Shown in pieces: positions 34,891 through 46,872 of a DNA stretch of 64,000 bases. Position 1 is the first letter of the stretch; every line of letters begins with the position of its first letter. The DNA lies in assembly GCA_965287045.1 (NCBI GenBank), contig OZ336881.1:64852001-64916000 (forward strand), written 5' to 3'. A model generated the notes under the pieces. That model ran no database searches. It was not told the origin of the DNA and saw only the letters and a list, made by a program, of their open reading frames with translations. Source of the DNA: Carcharhinus amblyrhynchos (taxonomy: Eukaryota). The position numbers were made by a program, and so were the translations under genes.

Positions 34891-37360
34891 CAGATGTGTA
34901 CTTTATTATCCGTAAGCTACCATGATGTGTTAGAGACTTTACAAGCAGCAATCATACACGTAGAAGGTAACATTTTATTACAATTTTAGATTCACAATGT
35001 CTTGCTTTAATTCTTTTGTAGTAGACGAGTGAATTTTTCATTTGTGTTATAACCTTACATTGTCACTGTAGAATGTTTATTTGAAGTGGGATTTGATCTG
35101 ATGAGTTGACTGTAAAAACTCCAGTAACCATTCAGAAATGAATATTTTGGATTTTTTATCCCGCTTCTATTTGAATATGTATTTAGAGGATGACAGTTTA
35201 TGATGACATCAAGGGAAGCTAACTTGTGCATTACTAGGTCTTGCAGTGCTGAACAGTCAAATTTACATATACAATTGAAATGACATGATCGTTGAACCAC
35301 TCTGCATTAATGACAGTATCCACTGACGTTAATTCAACTTCTTTGCATACTGCGAGATTTAGTATCTCCTCAAGATGGTTCCCCTTGTGTCGTCATCAAC
35401 ACACCTACTTTTTCTCTAACTTGCACAGATGTGCACTAGTAGGCACATTCTTTTAATTTTTGAGGATTGTTGCTGGTAAGCCTAAGTGAGCTGTGCTGTA
35501 CAAAATGGGACAGTTTTTTTGTTTCTAATGATGTAGTGTAACATTTTACTTCAGCAGTAGCCTTAGTCATTGCCTTTTGCCCATGGAATAAGACTTCCAG
35601 TAATGGCAACAGAAAGGAATGAGTTACAGACTGATAATCAACATCAGTCTCTTGGAAGGACAAATCCAATGTGCACTTTCGCAAATTTTTGGCAAGCACC
35701 CTGCAGGAATAAAACCACAACTATATATAAATCAGTTCAACAATATGCCAAATGCATTCTGATCTGTTTTCTTTACAATTTACCTCCATCTTAAATGTTA
35801 TGGTGCTACCTCACTTTGTACTTACACATAACACAACTGGCCATTCTTATGTGGGAGCTTAAGAATTATGTCGTGAGACTATTCGTACATCAATGCTATC
35901 ACAACAAACCTGATCCTATCCTTTACATCAGAGTTTGCTGGTTAGAAATCATCAACCGAAGATTTGATTATTTTCTCACTGGCCAACTCATGAGTACACT
36001 ATCATCTCTCTAACGCGGTGTGAACTGAAAATTGAACTAGACATGTTCTACTCAATATCATTCAATTCTGCATGCAGGCACACTTAGTAACATTTCATCA
36101 GATTGCATTTTCTAATGAATAGAACTTCTATTGAGAGAGCCTTGCTTGGAGTGGCGCAGAACTGAACATACAAATGTGGTACTGAGTCAGAAACAGGTGT
36201 TTTGTAAATTGTTTGGGGGGGGGGGAGGTTGAATTTGACATACATTGTGGCAATGTGGAGGAAATGTTCGGGATTACTGCTCACCTCTGTGTTCTCGGAG
36301 TGCTTAGTGCATACAAAGTGCAGAGGTGTTCCATTCTTCAGCTCAGGCATTCCTGTCCTTAATTAGCTTTTCAGATTGTCAAGCTTGTCAGCTCAGCACT
36401 TCAGGAGCATGATTGAAGTGTCAATTCAGAATGTAAACAATTGAGCTTGCTCTGTTCTATGAGGTATACTGAGTAAAATTATCGTGCCATTCAAGGTATT
36501 GTTTTGAGAATGGGGCTTTATATTTAAGTAGCTGCTAATGAAATATTTTGATGGGGGAGGGGTGGGGAGCGAGTCAATGCATAGATAAAAAATAAAAGGG
36601 ACACCAGCTTCTCCCAAATGAACACAACTATCAGCTACAACTAATTAAGAACGAAGTGTTATTGTAAATACTTTGTTGTGATGTTTAGCGGGGCTGACAG
36701 ATATAAAATGCATTAATAGCTGCAGACATGGTCTCCTCTATCCACTTTGCATATTTTGACCGGAGGCAGCTATTCTTAAGAACAAAGCATTTCAAACTGA
36801 AAATATTTGATCTCCAAGGTTTAAATTTTCTAATATTTATTCTAGCGAGTCACAGCACAAAAATGAAAAAGTTTGTTGTCTGAAGCATGTTCCTTCCCCT
36901 CCCCACCCCACCCCCATTTCAAACTGCATTCTAATGATAGTGAAGACTTCAGTGTAGCTTGCCTTATTTTTTAAACTCTTTTTTTTGCAATTATGAATTT
37001 AGCATCACCAGCGCTGAAGGACAAAAGTAGTTCATTTGCTTTGCGGAGACAGGACACTGATAAGATGATTTTTCGTCAAGGATCATTGGGTTGTAATTAA
37101 GTTGCATTCATGGCTATTGCATTTTGAAGGATGATTGGTAAATGACAGGCTTCATGTGCTTAGCATGGACAGCGTTAGCAATTTTTTCTGTCCCTGTCAG
37201 AAAATCCTGTTGAGGCTGATAATGTAAATGCAGCATATTATTCCGAACAAAAGAGCAGGGAAATGAGCTATCTTGTCTAGTCATTCAGTTGTTTAACAGT
37301 GACTTCCAGTTAGACTTAATTGGTTGGAAAGCACTTGACATGTGAAGTTACAGCTATTTC

Positions 37361-37505
37361 NNNNNNNNNNNNNNNNNNNNNNNNNNNNNNNNNNNNNNNN
37401 NNNNNNNNNNNNNNNNNNNNNNNNNNNNNNNNNNNNNNNNNNNNNNNNNNNNNNNNNNNNNNNNNNNNNNNNNNNNNNNNNNNNNNNNNNNNNNNNNNNN
37501 NNNNN
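37361..37505. other. Run of 145 N (assembly gap or mask)
   Basis: Directly visible. Confidence 0.99.
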
Positions 37506-39559
37506 AACAGAGAAACATTTAGCTCAGTAAAGAGCCAGTCCTTTAAATGTATGATTGTGCAAAGCTGATTGTACCGTGTAGAATTGATTTCCCTGTACAC
37601 TAACATCTGGTTTAGATTTGCAGATTGGGATTTGTTACACAAGTGTCTTTTTTTGGCTTCCAGTCTTTTTTTTCTCTCTTCCACCCTGCCTCCCATCCCA
37701 TTTTATTTTGCTCCTTTCCCTGAGGTTTTCAGATTCAAAAGACGAGCTTTTCAATCAGTAAGCCTGCCATGAATTGCCACTTAAGTGAAGCTTTTAACAT
37801 AACGTTACCACACTACATGGCAATTAAAATCAACAGTCCACAATGTTTTCTTACATTATATAAAAGTGAACTGTCTCTTGCTCTACCATTGTAAAGTTCT
37901 TCATCACTAAGCAAATGGGGGCTAAGCTGTTGAATAGCAGCTGTAAGCTTTTCACGGCAGTGCTTCATTGTTTGTCTAGTCTGTTGCTTTTATTTAGTTG
38001 CACCATCTATTCACAGATAAAAAATTAACCTATAATTTTGTCTTCATACAAAATGACAAAAATTTGAATGTCTCAGTAGGGTTCCACTCACTGTACTGTA
38101 AACATGGCTTGGGAAGGGTATAAGGTACATATCTATCATGTGAAGCCCCGTTTACACGGAAGAATAGCACTGTGTTTAGATTGTAATGATCCAATTTAGT
38201 TATTTCATTTTAGTACTTGAGACTTTTTTTTTATTTTGCAGTGTTCGGTGGGTTGCCTGAACAAATGTTTAATGGCAGCATAGCCTGTTCTTTAAATGTA
38301 ACGGAGGCAGTAGTTTTATAGTTTTATTTTGTGATTTTCGTTGGCTGTTCTCATGCAGCCAAGAGGGTAAGAGAATCTAGACCTTGGCAGGGCGGCGGGG
38401 AGGAAGACTTTGGCTATTCATTAATAATGAAACCCATAAACACTTTATTTTTATATGCACACTTTCAGGATTTTATTACAAATAGTCAGAAGTGGCAGTT
38501 TTCCCCCAGGATTCTTCATGGTCACCAGCAACTACATACAAGCGATGACTGATAAAGACAAACAGCACCTGGTACACTACATTAGTAATTCCTTCACTAT
38601 TAGACCCTTGCTTTGAGGCAGTAACTAGAAGTCTTACCTCTGTGCAGCATTCTGTTTACAATTCAAGAATGAACTCATATTATTTTCCCCATCTGGATAA
38701 GCAAATTGGAAAAAACTGCAGATTTGGTTTTGGGAAAACATACTTGGATATTTCTGTGTCACTTGAACTGTCAGATTATGAAAGAGAGACTGCTTAAAAA
38801 AAAAATTAGAAATAGTTTTTCAAAAGTACGTGGGATTATGCCCTAAACACTTGTTCTTGAAGCTGTGATGCGGCCTTATGGTATATGGCGCCCACATTGC
38901 ATAAAATTTTTAAAAAATATAACGCAGTGAGTCACAAAACTTAATTCAATTGCGATCCTCCGGCATTGTAAGTAGGACACAATGACTTAAGTATTTGCAG
39001 AAACTCCAAACTTAAATTGCTGCTTTCAATTTGTTGTCAGAGATTATATACTGAATAGTTTGTATTTGCTACTGTTACTGGGAGAGGCAGTTTGATTCAG
39101 GTTGAAGAGCAATGAAGCAGATAGTGATTTGAGGACTGACTGTTAGTGGAATCACATGATGGGTAATATAACAGTCAAGGGTTTTACTTGGAAATTCAGC
39201 TGTCAATTCAAAGTGAATTATTTAGGTATGTTTCATTTTAAAAAATGGAATGAATGGAATTACTCTGCAACATGCGCAACAACCCTTTTGCTTTTTTTTA
39301 ATCATTACACTGTAGTACAACTTTGCACCTTGTACAGGTAACGTCAAGTTCATTTTAATGATTATCTCCATGTCCACAGATTGCCTGCCTGGCATGATTT
39401 TATTTATGTATGTACCGCTTTTTCCTTTAATGCAGCATCAGAAAGAATGAAATTTTTTTTTAACCTTGCCATGAATGTCTTGCCTCGATTCCATTTTCCA
39501 ATCCAGTTACCTACTCATATTTATTATGTTCTAAATATCCTGTGTCTGTTTACATGCCA

Positions 39560-40972
39560 GAAGATACAAATTGTAAATCAGAAATAGGGGATAACTGGGG
39601 GCTGATAAGAGTAAGGAACTTGGTAATTAATATCAAGCAAAGTTTTTGGACTAGAAGCAAGCAAATATCTAGGACTTGTTGGCTACATCCTAGCGTTATA
39701 ATAGAGGTTGCTGTAGAGTTAATGGATGCAATGTTTATGATTTTTCCAAAATTCCCCAGATTCTAGAAACATGCCAGCAGAAGTTTGTGAATGTAATGCT
39801 GCTATTCATGCAAGGCAAGAGAGAGAAAACCAGGAACTGCAGGCCAATGAGCCATTTGTAACTTGTAGTGTTGATAAAGAGGAGCCAGTACCAGTAATTT
39901 ATTTGGATTTCCAAAAGGCTTTTGATGTCACCTGAAGGGCACACGGAGTTGGGAATGCTATATTAGCATGGATAGAGGATTTGTTCATAAATAGAAGGGA
40001 ATAAATGGGACATTTTCACACTGGCAGACTGTAACTTGTGCTGCAAAGATCAGTGTTGGGACCTCAGCTGTTTACAATTCATGGTAATTATTTAACTGAA
40101 GAGCCCGAGCTTAATGTATCCAGGTTTGCTGATGATACAGTGCTAGGTGGGAATGTAAACTGAGAGGAGGACACAAAGGGTTGAGTGGGCAACAAGATCG
40201 TAGATGGGAATATAATGTGGGGAACTGAGGTTATTCACTTCAGTAATAAGGACAAAAAAATATATTTTTAAAAGATATGAAACTTGCAAATGTTGGTGTT
40301 TGGAGAGATTTGGGTTCACTCTACAAGGAACGTCAAATATTAACATAAAGGTCCAGAACGCAATTTGGCAGGTAAATTAAATTGCATGTTGGCCCTTCTC
40401 TCAAGGTAAGGCTTTGATGAAATCACATCTGGAGGACTGCATGCAGTTTTGATCTCCATATCCAAGGAAGGATTATAATTTGCCTTGTAGGCGATACAGT
40501 TAAGGTTCACTAGATTGGTTTCTGTGTTGAGAGAGTTGTCCTATGATAACAGGCTAGGAAAATTGGGCCTAGATTCTCTGGAGTTTAGAAGAATAAGAGG
40601 TGATCACATTGAAACTTAGAAGATTTTGAAGGGCTTGATAGGGTTAAATTGAGCAACGTTTCTCTGGGAGATCTAAAACATGGGGGCACAGCCTCAGGGT
40701 AAGGGATTGACCATTTAGGACTGAGATGAGAAATTTGTTCACTCAGAGCATGCTAATCTTTGGAATTGTCTACCTAGAGGATTGAGGATGCCCTTTCATT
40801 GAATATATTCAAGGCTGATATTTCTGATCTCCTGGGGGGATCAAAAGGTGTGAGGAGCTGACGGGAAAAGGAAGTTGAGACAGAAGATCAACATTGATGG
40901 TTTTGAATGTCAGAGTTAGCTCAAGGTGCTATATGTTCTATTTCTGCTATTTCTTATTTTTTCATGTTCTTA
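39560..40972 (+). mobile_element. Decayed CR1 RT fragment through the 3' tail
   Basis: TTGGATTTCCAAAAGGCTTTTGAT (LDFQKAFD), TCAGTGTTGGGACCTCAG (SVLGPQ), TTTGCTGATGAT (FADD), TTCATGTTCTTA tail. Confidence 0.85.
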
Positions 40973-41544
40973 ATCATTATCCCTGTTTTTATTGATCAGC
41001 ATTCACTCTTGTGTCACAGCATGTCAATTTAAACTCCTCGTTCTCAAATTACACACTAGCTTCACCTCAGCTATCCTTGTAACCTCCTCCAGCTTCATAT
41101 CTCCTCTTGCATTCTTGGTTCCTAGCCACATTCAGTTGGCAGAGTTATCAACTGTCTTGACCAAATCTGTCTTCTGAAGCCTATCATTTTGGTCAAACTT
41201 TCAGTCATCCTTCCTAATCTCCTTTCGTGGCGTAGCATCCATATCAAATTGTGAAGCCCTCTGAGATTAATGCACATTGTGATCTGATGAGCAGGGATGT
41301 TTATTCCACTCATCCCCAAATGTATTCTGCTTTTAAGATTTTCAATATCCATCTATAGCAGAGGATTTTATTGGGGTTATTGCAACAAGGCTTGCAGTTT
41401 TACTCTGAAATTAACAAAACACATTTCTCAACTGCATGTTTCCATCTAAAAGTTATAAAGAATGTCTGATGATATTTGTGCAGTACATATTTAGGTATTT
41501 ATTTCTATCATGGATATGTGGCTGTTGACGCCAAAACTCGTAGG

Positions 41545-41990
41545 AAGCAATCTTACCATTTCGCCCCGATGGGCAGGGCAAGCTGGTAAGAACATGAGAG
41601 AGCCAAGAAATCAGGTTTGCCTGATTTCTCGTCTTCTGTGTTCTTACCAACACCTGACATCCAGTGAGAAGCAAGGCTGATTGTAACATTTAAATGCTAG
41701 GGGCAGCATTCTGCAACAGCGATCGGTGGTGAGGGGAACCACTGCCATTCTGCAGTAGCTAGTTGGTTGGGGGCTGGTGTGGATTCGTCGTCATGCTGCA
41801 ATAGTGATAGGGGAGGTGAAATTCTGCTGCAATCAGTCAGGGGTGGGGAGGGTTGGTCGGTGAGAGCAGAGTGACAGATTTCTCTCAGCCCACAGATCTG
41901 CACGTGCACAATGGTGCCTTCTGCTGCTGTCAGCTGGCTTTCAGGTGACGTAGGCTCTACCCACTTCCCCCTGCTGGCAGAAAACAAGTT
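41545..41990 (+). mobile_element. GC-rich remnant related to the MITE at 58654-59413
   Basis: GCTGGTAAGAACATGAGAGAGCCAAGAAATCAG vs GCTGGTAAAATCGCACGAGAGCTGAGAAATCAG; ends not resolved. Confidence 0.5.
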
Positions 41991-43079
41991 TTACCTTTAT
42001 TTGACACAATCGGGTAAGTTTTGATAAGTTACCCAAAAAGGGCATACCTTTTTCCCCCCCATCCCCATTGTTTCTAAAGTTTCTGTTTGTCTGCGAATGT
42101 TCAGAATTAAGTTGGAGGTGTACTGATTTCAGGAACATGCTGGCCATATTTGCTTTTGCAAAGTGGTTCTTAAGACTTGATTTATTAAATATTTAGTGCT
42201 ACTTAAATTTTCAACTGTGTTGTGAATGGAGAACGTTACATTAGGTAAATGATCCATTTTTTCTAATTTTGTGGGTGGGTGAATATTGGGCTACTTTTAT
42301 TGCTGTTGTCAATTTCTGTTCACAGTTGGGAAAATACAGTAATTCATTCTCAGTTGGGTGATCCATTGCAGGTGGTAGCCTATTCAATGATCAATAGTGC
42401 CGTTACCAGTCAGCACGTGTTGCGGTGTCAACCAACTAGATTGTATTGATGGCTACTACCTCTGTTGCCCTCTGGCTTCAAAATCTTATTTAAAGAAAAT
42501 TGTGCTGAACTTACCACTGTAAGGAGTAAATGAAATTAAAATGAAAACTCAGGCAATTAAAACATTGCTTAGTGAAACTATTGCAAGTGGAATAGCATTC
42601 AATTCTACAGGATTTTTGAGGAGGGAGTTGGGACTATACAGTGCCATGTGGTTTATGCCTAGGGTTTATCAGCATTAAATTCCCCAGTGTCCTTTCAGTT
42701 TTATTGGAGGTAGTCAGGCTAGGTCCTTCTCTACAGTGAGAAAAAAATGGGATTGAGAAATGTGCTGTCCAATGCCAAATCAGGAGTATCATTGCAGAAA
42801 ACCTTGTGAACTTGTTGCTGGTTTCTCTTGGTAATAGAAGTGGGCATGTCACTAAAAAGGAAAAAGAAACATAATTTTTCTGAATTGGGTAGTTTAATAG
42901 TGAAGTATTTGATATTCCAATTGCCCTAACCTTGCTTTTACACACATGTAATGTGCATGAATTTCATGAGCAAAATTTTGTATCTCAGTAAGTCGAACAT
43001 GTTTTAAAATGTTGCTTTCATTTGACTTGCTATGGAAGTAATGTTCTAATACATTACTGAGGTCTTTTTTCTGTTTCAG

Positions 43080-43204
43080 GGGGAATCTACCTGCTGCGCT
43101 AGATGCAATTATTGATTGTCACAAGAAATATGGCCAGATGCCCAGGCTTCATGATGTTTTGTGCAAGTTGGTTGAGCAGGGAGACACTGATCTCTTACAG
43201 AAAG
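43080..43204 (+). CDS. LRPPRC: LRPPRC coding exon (125 nt)
   Basis: gtttcag|G GGG AAT...AAA G|gtaatt; [41 protein letters not shown]. Confidence 0.96.
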
Positions 43205-44833
43205 GTAATTGATGGAGGATATAGTCTGAATGCAAACCAAAATATGTATTTTTTTTGTATTCTCACCAGATTCCCCCTCCTCTCATTCCAATTGAATTTG
43301 TATCATAACACCCAAATTGTTCTGTGTCTTTTGAAAGAAAACCTGAGGAATATTCCCTGTGAGAAATTATTAGATTAATTTTGATTTGAGTTTACTGTAC
43401 ATTAGTCTGGAAACTGACTTCAGTAGTGTCAATTTATGAATTCATACCTGGGATAAAGCTTTCCATACTATATTTGCAACTTTGTGATGGGTAAATAGAA
43501 AATTATTTTGTAGACACAATTGTATAGAATGTTTATTGATACATGTTTTAAATGTAAAGTACTTTACCCTCAATATCCTTATAGCTTTTTCTTGTTTTAG
43601 TTTTGTCTTCCAATATTTTAATGTTGTCTCCCACTTGCAAGTAGGAGAATAGTGAGATCTCTCATGCCCGTTTTTGCTGCTGTGTAAATGATGCAGTGGC
43701 AACTGTGTAAACTTGTCTGATGTTGAATGTTATTTCTTCACATTTGTTCTCTGCCATGTTTCATTTATCTGGTGAATTTGTTGCTTCTCAAGATTGTTTC
43801 AGTGTGGGGCCTCAGGTTTCTGTGACAGAAAATTTTTCTTCATCTTAGATCAGTACCAGGAAGTGTCCAGCTGCTGCTATATTATCTGAAAGACATTTGT
43901 GAACAGTTTCTAATAGAACTGAGAAGTCTCACATTGGAACTAAAAAAACCTAGAAATTGGATGTGCTAGACATCACATGTCAGTATCACAAAGAAAGAAG
44001 ATTCACGTCTTAGCAAATATTTTGGGAACATCAAAGTGCTTAATTTTCAAAGCACTTAAGTGCAGTGACTATGTCAGAAAAAGGCTCATATTTTGGGTGA
44101 AAACCTGAAGATTATTTGCAATATCGAATTATTTAGTGAGAATGCAAACAGCTCAATGGGGAAATTCAGTTGGAGTCGCAGTACTTTGAAGGCTAATGGC
44201 TTTATTTAGGGGGAGCAGCTAAGAAGGTTGAATTTGTTATTGGAAAATCTGAGGTGACCTAAATAATAGTTTTCAAAATAATGGAAATTGAGGATTAATC
44301 CAGACAAGTTATTCCCCCAACCAAAGCTAGGGGATAATTGACATATGCAACACACAATTGCGGGAGCTATTAATTTTTGGGACCAACCAGAGTCTTTTCC
44401 ATTCCTGTGATGCTTGTGTTTTAATCCTGTGGAATATGTAACTGGGGAAGACTACGGAAATAGGTTGTGTAGATGGATCTGGATGCAATTAAACATGATC
44501 CTGCAGAGAAAGTGGGGATGATGGATGAAAAAGGAGTTGAGTCGGCTTGTTAGGACAAAGCATATTTTCCCACTCCTGTAATTTCCATTCTTAAAAGGAC
44601 CCTCCCCCATCCCAATATCTACGTTGTGATTGTCCAAAAGTTGTGTCAAATTATATTTTTCTTCTTTTCTGGCGCACTCTCAAACAGAGATGATAGGTGG
44701 AAGCTTATGAATTGTGCCATACGTAAAATGTGGCATTTTGATGGCATTGTTGGAATGAAACGTGATAAAGATTTGATTTTAGTTTTAACTATTGTTGAAT
44801 ACATGGTTTTAACATTTTCTCTTGTGCCTGCAG

Positions 44834-44940
44834 CTATGGATTTTGTAAACCAGGAGCGAGGTGAAATGACAATGCTGTATGACCTTTTTTTCGCTTTTCT
44901 TCAGAGTGGGAAATACAAAGAGGCCAGAAAAATTATCGAG
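44834..44940 (+). CDS. LRPPRC: LRPPRC coding exon (107 nt)
   Basis: cctgcag|CT ATG...ATC GAG|gtgaga; [36 protein letters not shown]. Confidence 0.97.
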
Positions 44941-46779
44941 GTGAGACTTCATCCTATTATGCTGTTCACACAACCATTTTAGTTTGAACAATGAGCGTCA
45001 ATTAATATTCTGAACCTAAAATGAGTATTAGTCTAATTCTGACTGATGCAATTTAGTCCACAAATTGAATAATGTTAACCTTATTAGCGGTGATAAGTAT
45101 AGAATTTCTTCTTTTGATGTCTGCACGGTACTGCAATAAGAATTATAGCCATTGTTTTTGATATATGTTATTCAAATTTAAATATTTTTCTAACTCTGCT
45201 TGATTGAGTTGTTCCTTTTATGCCAAATATTATGTTTGCATTTTAAACTTGTGATTGTGGAACAATTAAATTAAACTGCCAGTCCTGGGTGTATAAAGTT
45301 CTTAATCCCCTTTACTGATCAATTCTTTTGTTGTGCTTAAAAGCAGTGGAATTTAATTTGCTGCAGACAGTGGGTGAATCTGGTCAGATTTACTGTAGGG
45401 CATGTCTGGGAGCAAATAATCAGCCAGTCTGCTGCAGCATCATATTAAATTCAACTTTTCCTTCCTGTAATTCCTTAAGCAGCTTATGATCAGCCAAAGG
45501 TGACTGATCACTCAACTAAATTTTGCATACTGTATCTGGTCTTGATTAAAATCTTTTCTAGCAATATAAAGGGATAAGTTGGAGCAAAACTGTAGCTTGT
45601 CCAGCTTTTACCTTTGTTTCTTTGGGTTGCTGACATCAGTAGATATTTTGATCTAAAGTAACCTTGGTACCCTTGTTGGAGCTTTGATTTTTGTTTTTTA
45701 ATTGTCTTCTTTAATTTTCCTCATAATGCATATAAATGAAACAAGGGAGCCATCATCTTTATTTTTATAGCACATTGTTATCTTGCTGAGAGACTTCCCA
45801 TGAAGACATGGGAACGGCAGTAGAACACTAAACCCTTTCCAAGGTTGTTCCACCATTCAGTTAGATTGTAGCACAAAACTCCACTTAGCAATCTTTGTTC
45901 CATATCCGTTAATGCTTTCCCCTAACAAAAATCTACTGATGTTGATCTTGAAAATTTTCAGTTGACCCAGCATCCACAGCTTTTGGAGCAGAGCTCTAGA
46001 TTTCCACTACCGTTTGTGTGAAAAGTCCCTCCATTTTCACTCCTAAATGCTATTGCTCTAATTTTAACGTTATGTCTGGATTCCACTTCAGAGGAAATTG
46101 TTTCTTGGTGTTATTGCACACAAATCCCTCAACATTTTTAAATACCTCGATTTGGTCCACCTTAAGCCAATAATTATAGATTTTGATCTCCTGACTCTTG
46201 ATCATAACTGCAGAGATTGTTTGTTTGAATCTTTTTGAGATGTAAGTAAACTCATGGGTCTCTGGTGAAGGAAGAAACTTGAGGCAATAACCTGAGAGCA
46301 TAGTACATTACAGTTTATTGGCTTAAGTATTTTTCCATTACTGATACTAGTTTACCAAGTGACAACATTGCAGGATTCCTCTCTACTGATGTAATGCACA
46401 TTTGAGGCTTCAAGAGATGGTATTAACATTCTGTCAGCCTTTACTGAGTAAAGGCAGCACGATGGCCAACCATAAAGAAACCAGATGGCCCCATCACCAC
46501 CATAACCTCAAGTCACTTTGTACTTTTACTGATCTTTTACTAATCTTAATGATATGCTATCATTTTTAGTTTTCTTTCTCTTTAAGGAATTTATTGCATC
46601 AGTACATTCTTGCAAGAATAAACCATTCATGCTGGTCTTCTAACCTATCTAGAAATCCTACCGATAATCAAGTTCCTTGTTGTTAAATGTTATGATGTTG
46701 ATCGTATAGTTTATATAAATTTCGCTCCAATTTTTTTTTAAGAAAGTGCAAGTTAGTGAGCAAGACAAAATGAGCTGTT

Positions 46780-46872
46780 CAAAAAATGCTGCAAGTACAT
46801 GTCAGGCCATTTAGATTCTGTGCAAAGGTAGGAGCACATTGCGATATTTCAGCAGTGTCCTCATCAGAAAAC
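46780..46872 (-). mobile_element. Penelope-like terminal remnant with hammerhead core
   Basis: Minus strand CTGATGA-GGACACTGCT-GAAA at 46847-46867; adjacent AAAATGCTG...CAGG motif like 3581. Confidence 0.5.

Noticed and set aside
37316-37696. ORFs containing X runs
   Set aside because: Artefacts of translating through the N gap.
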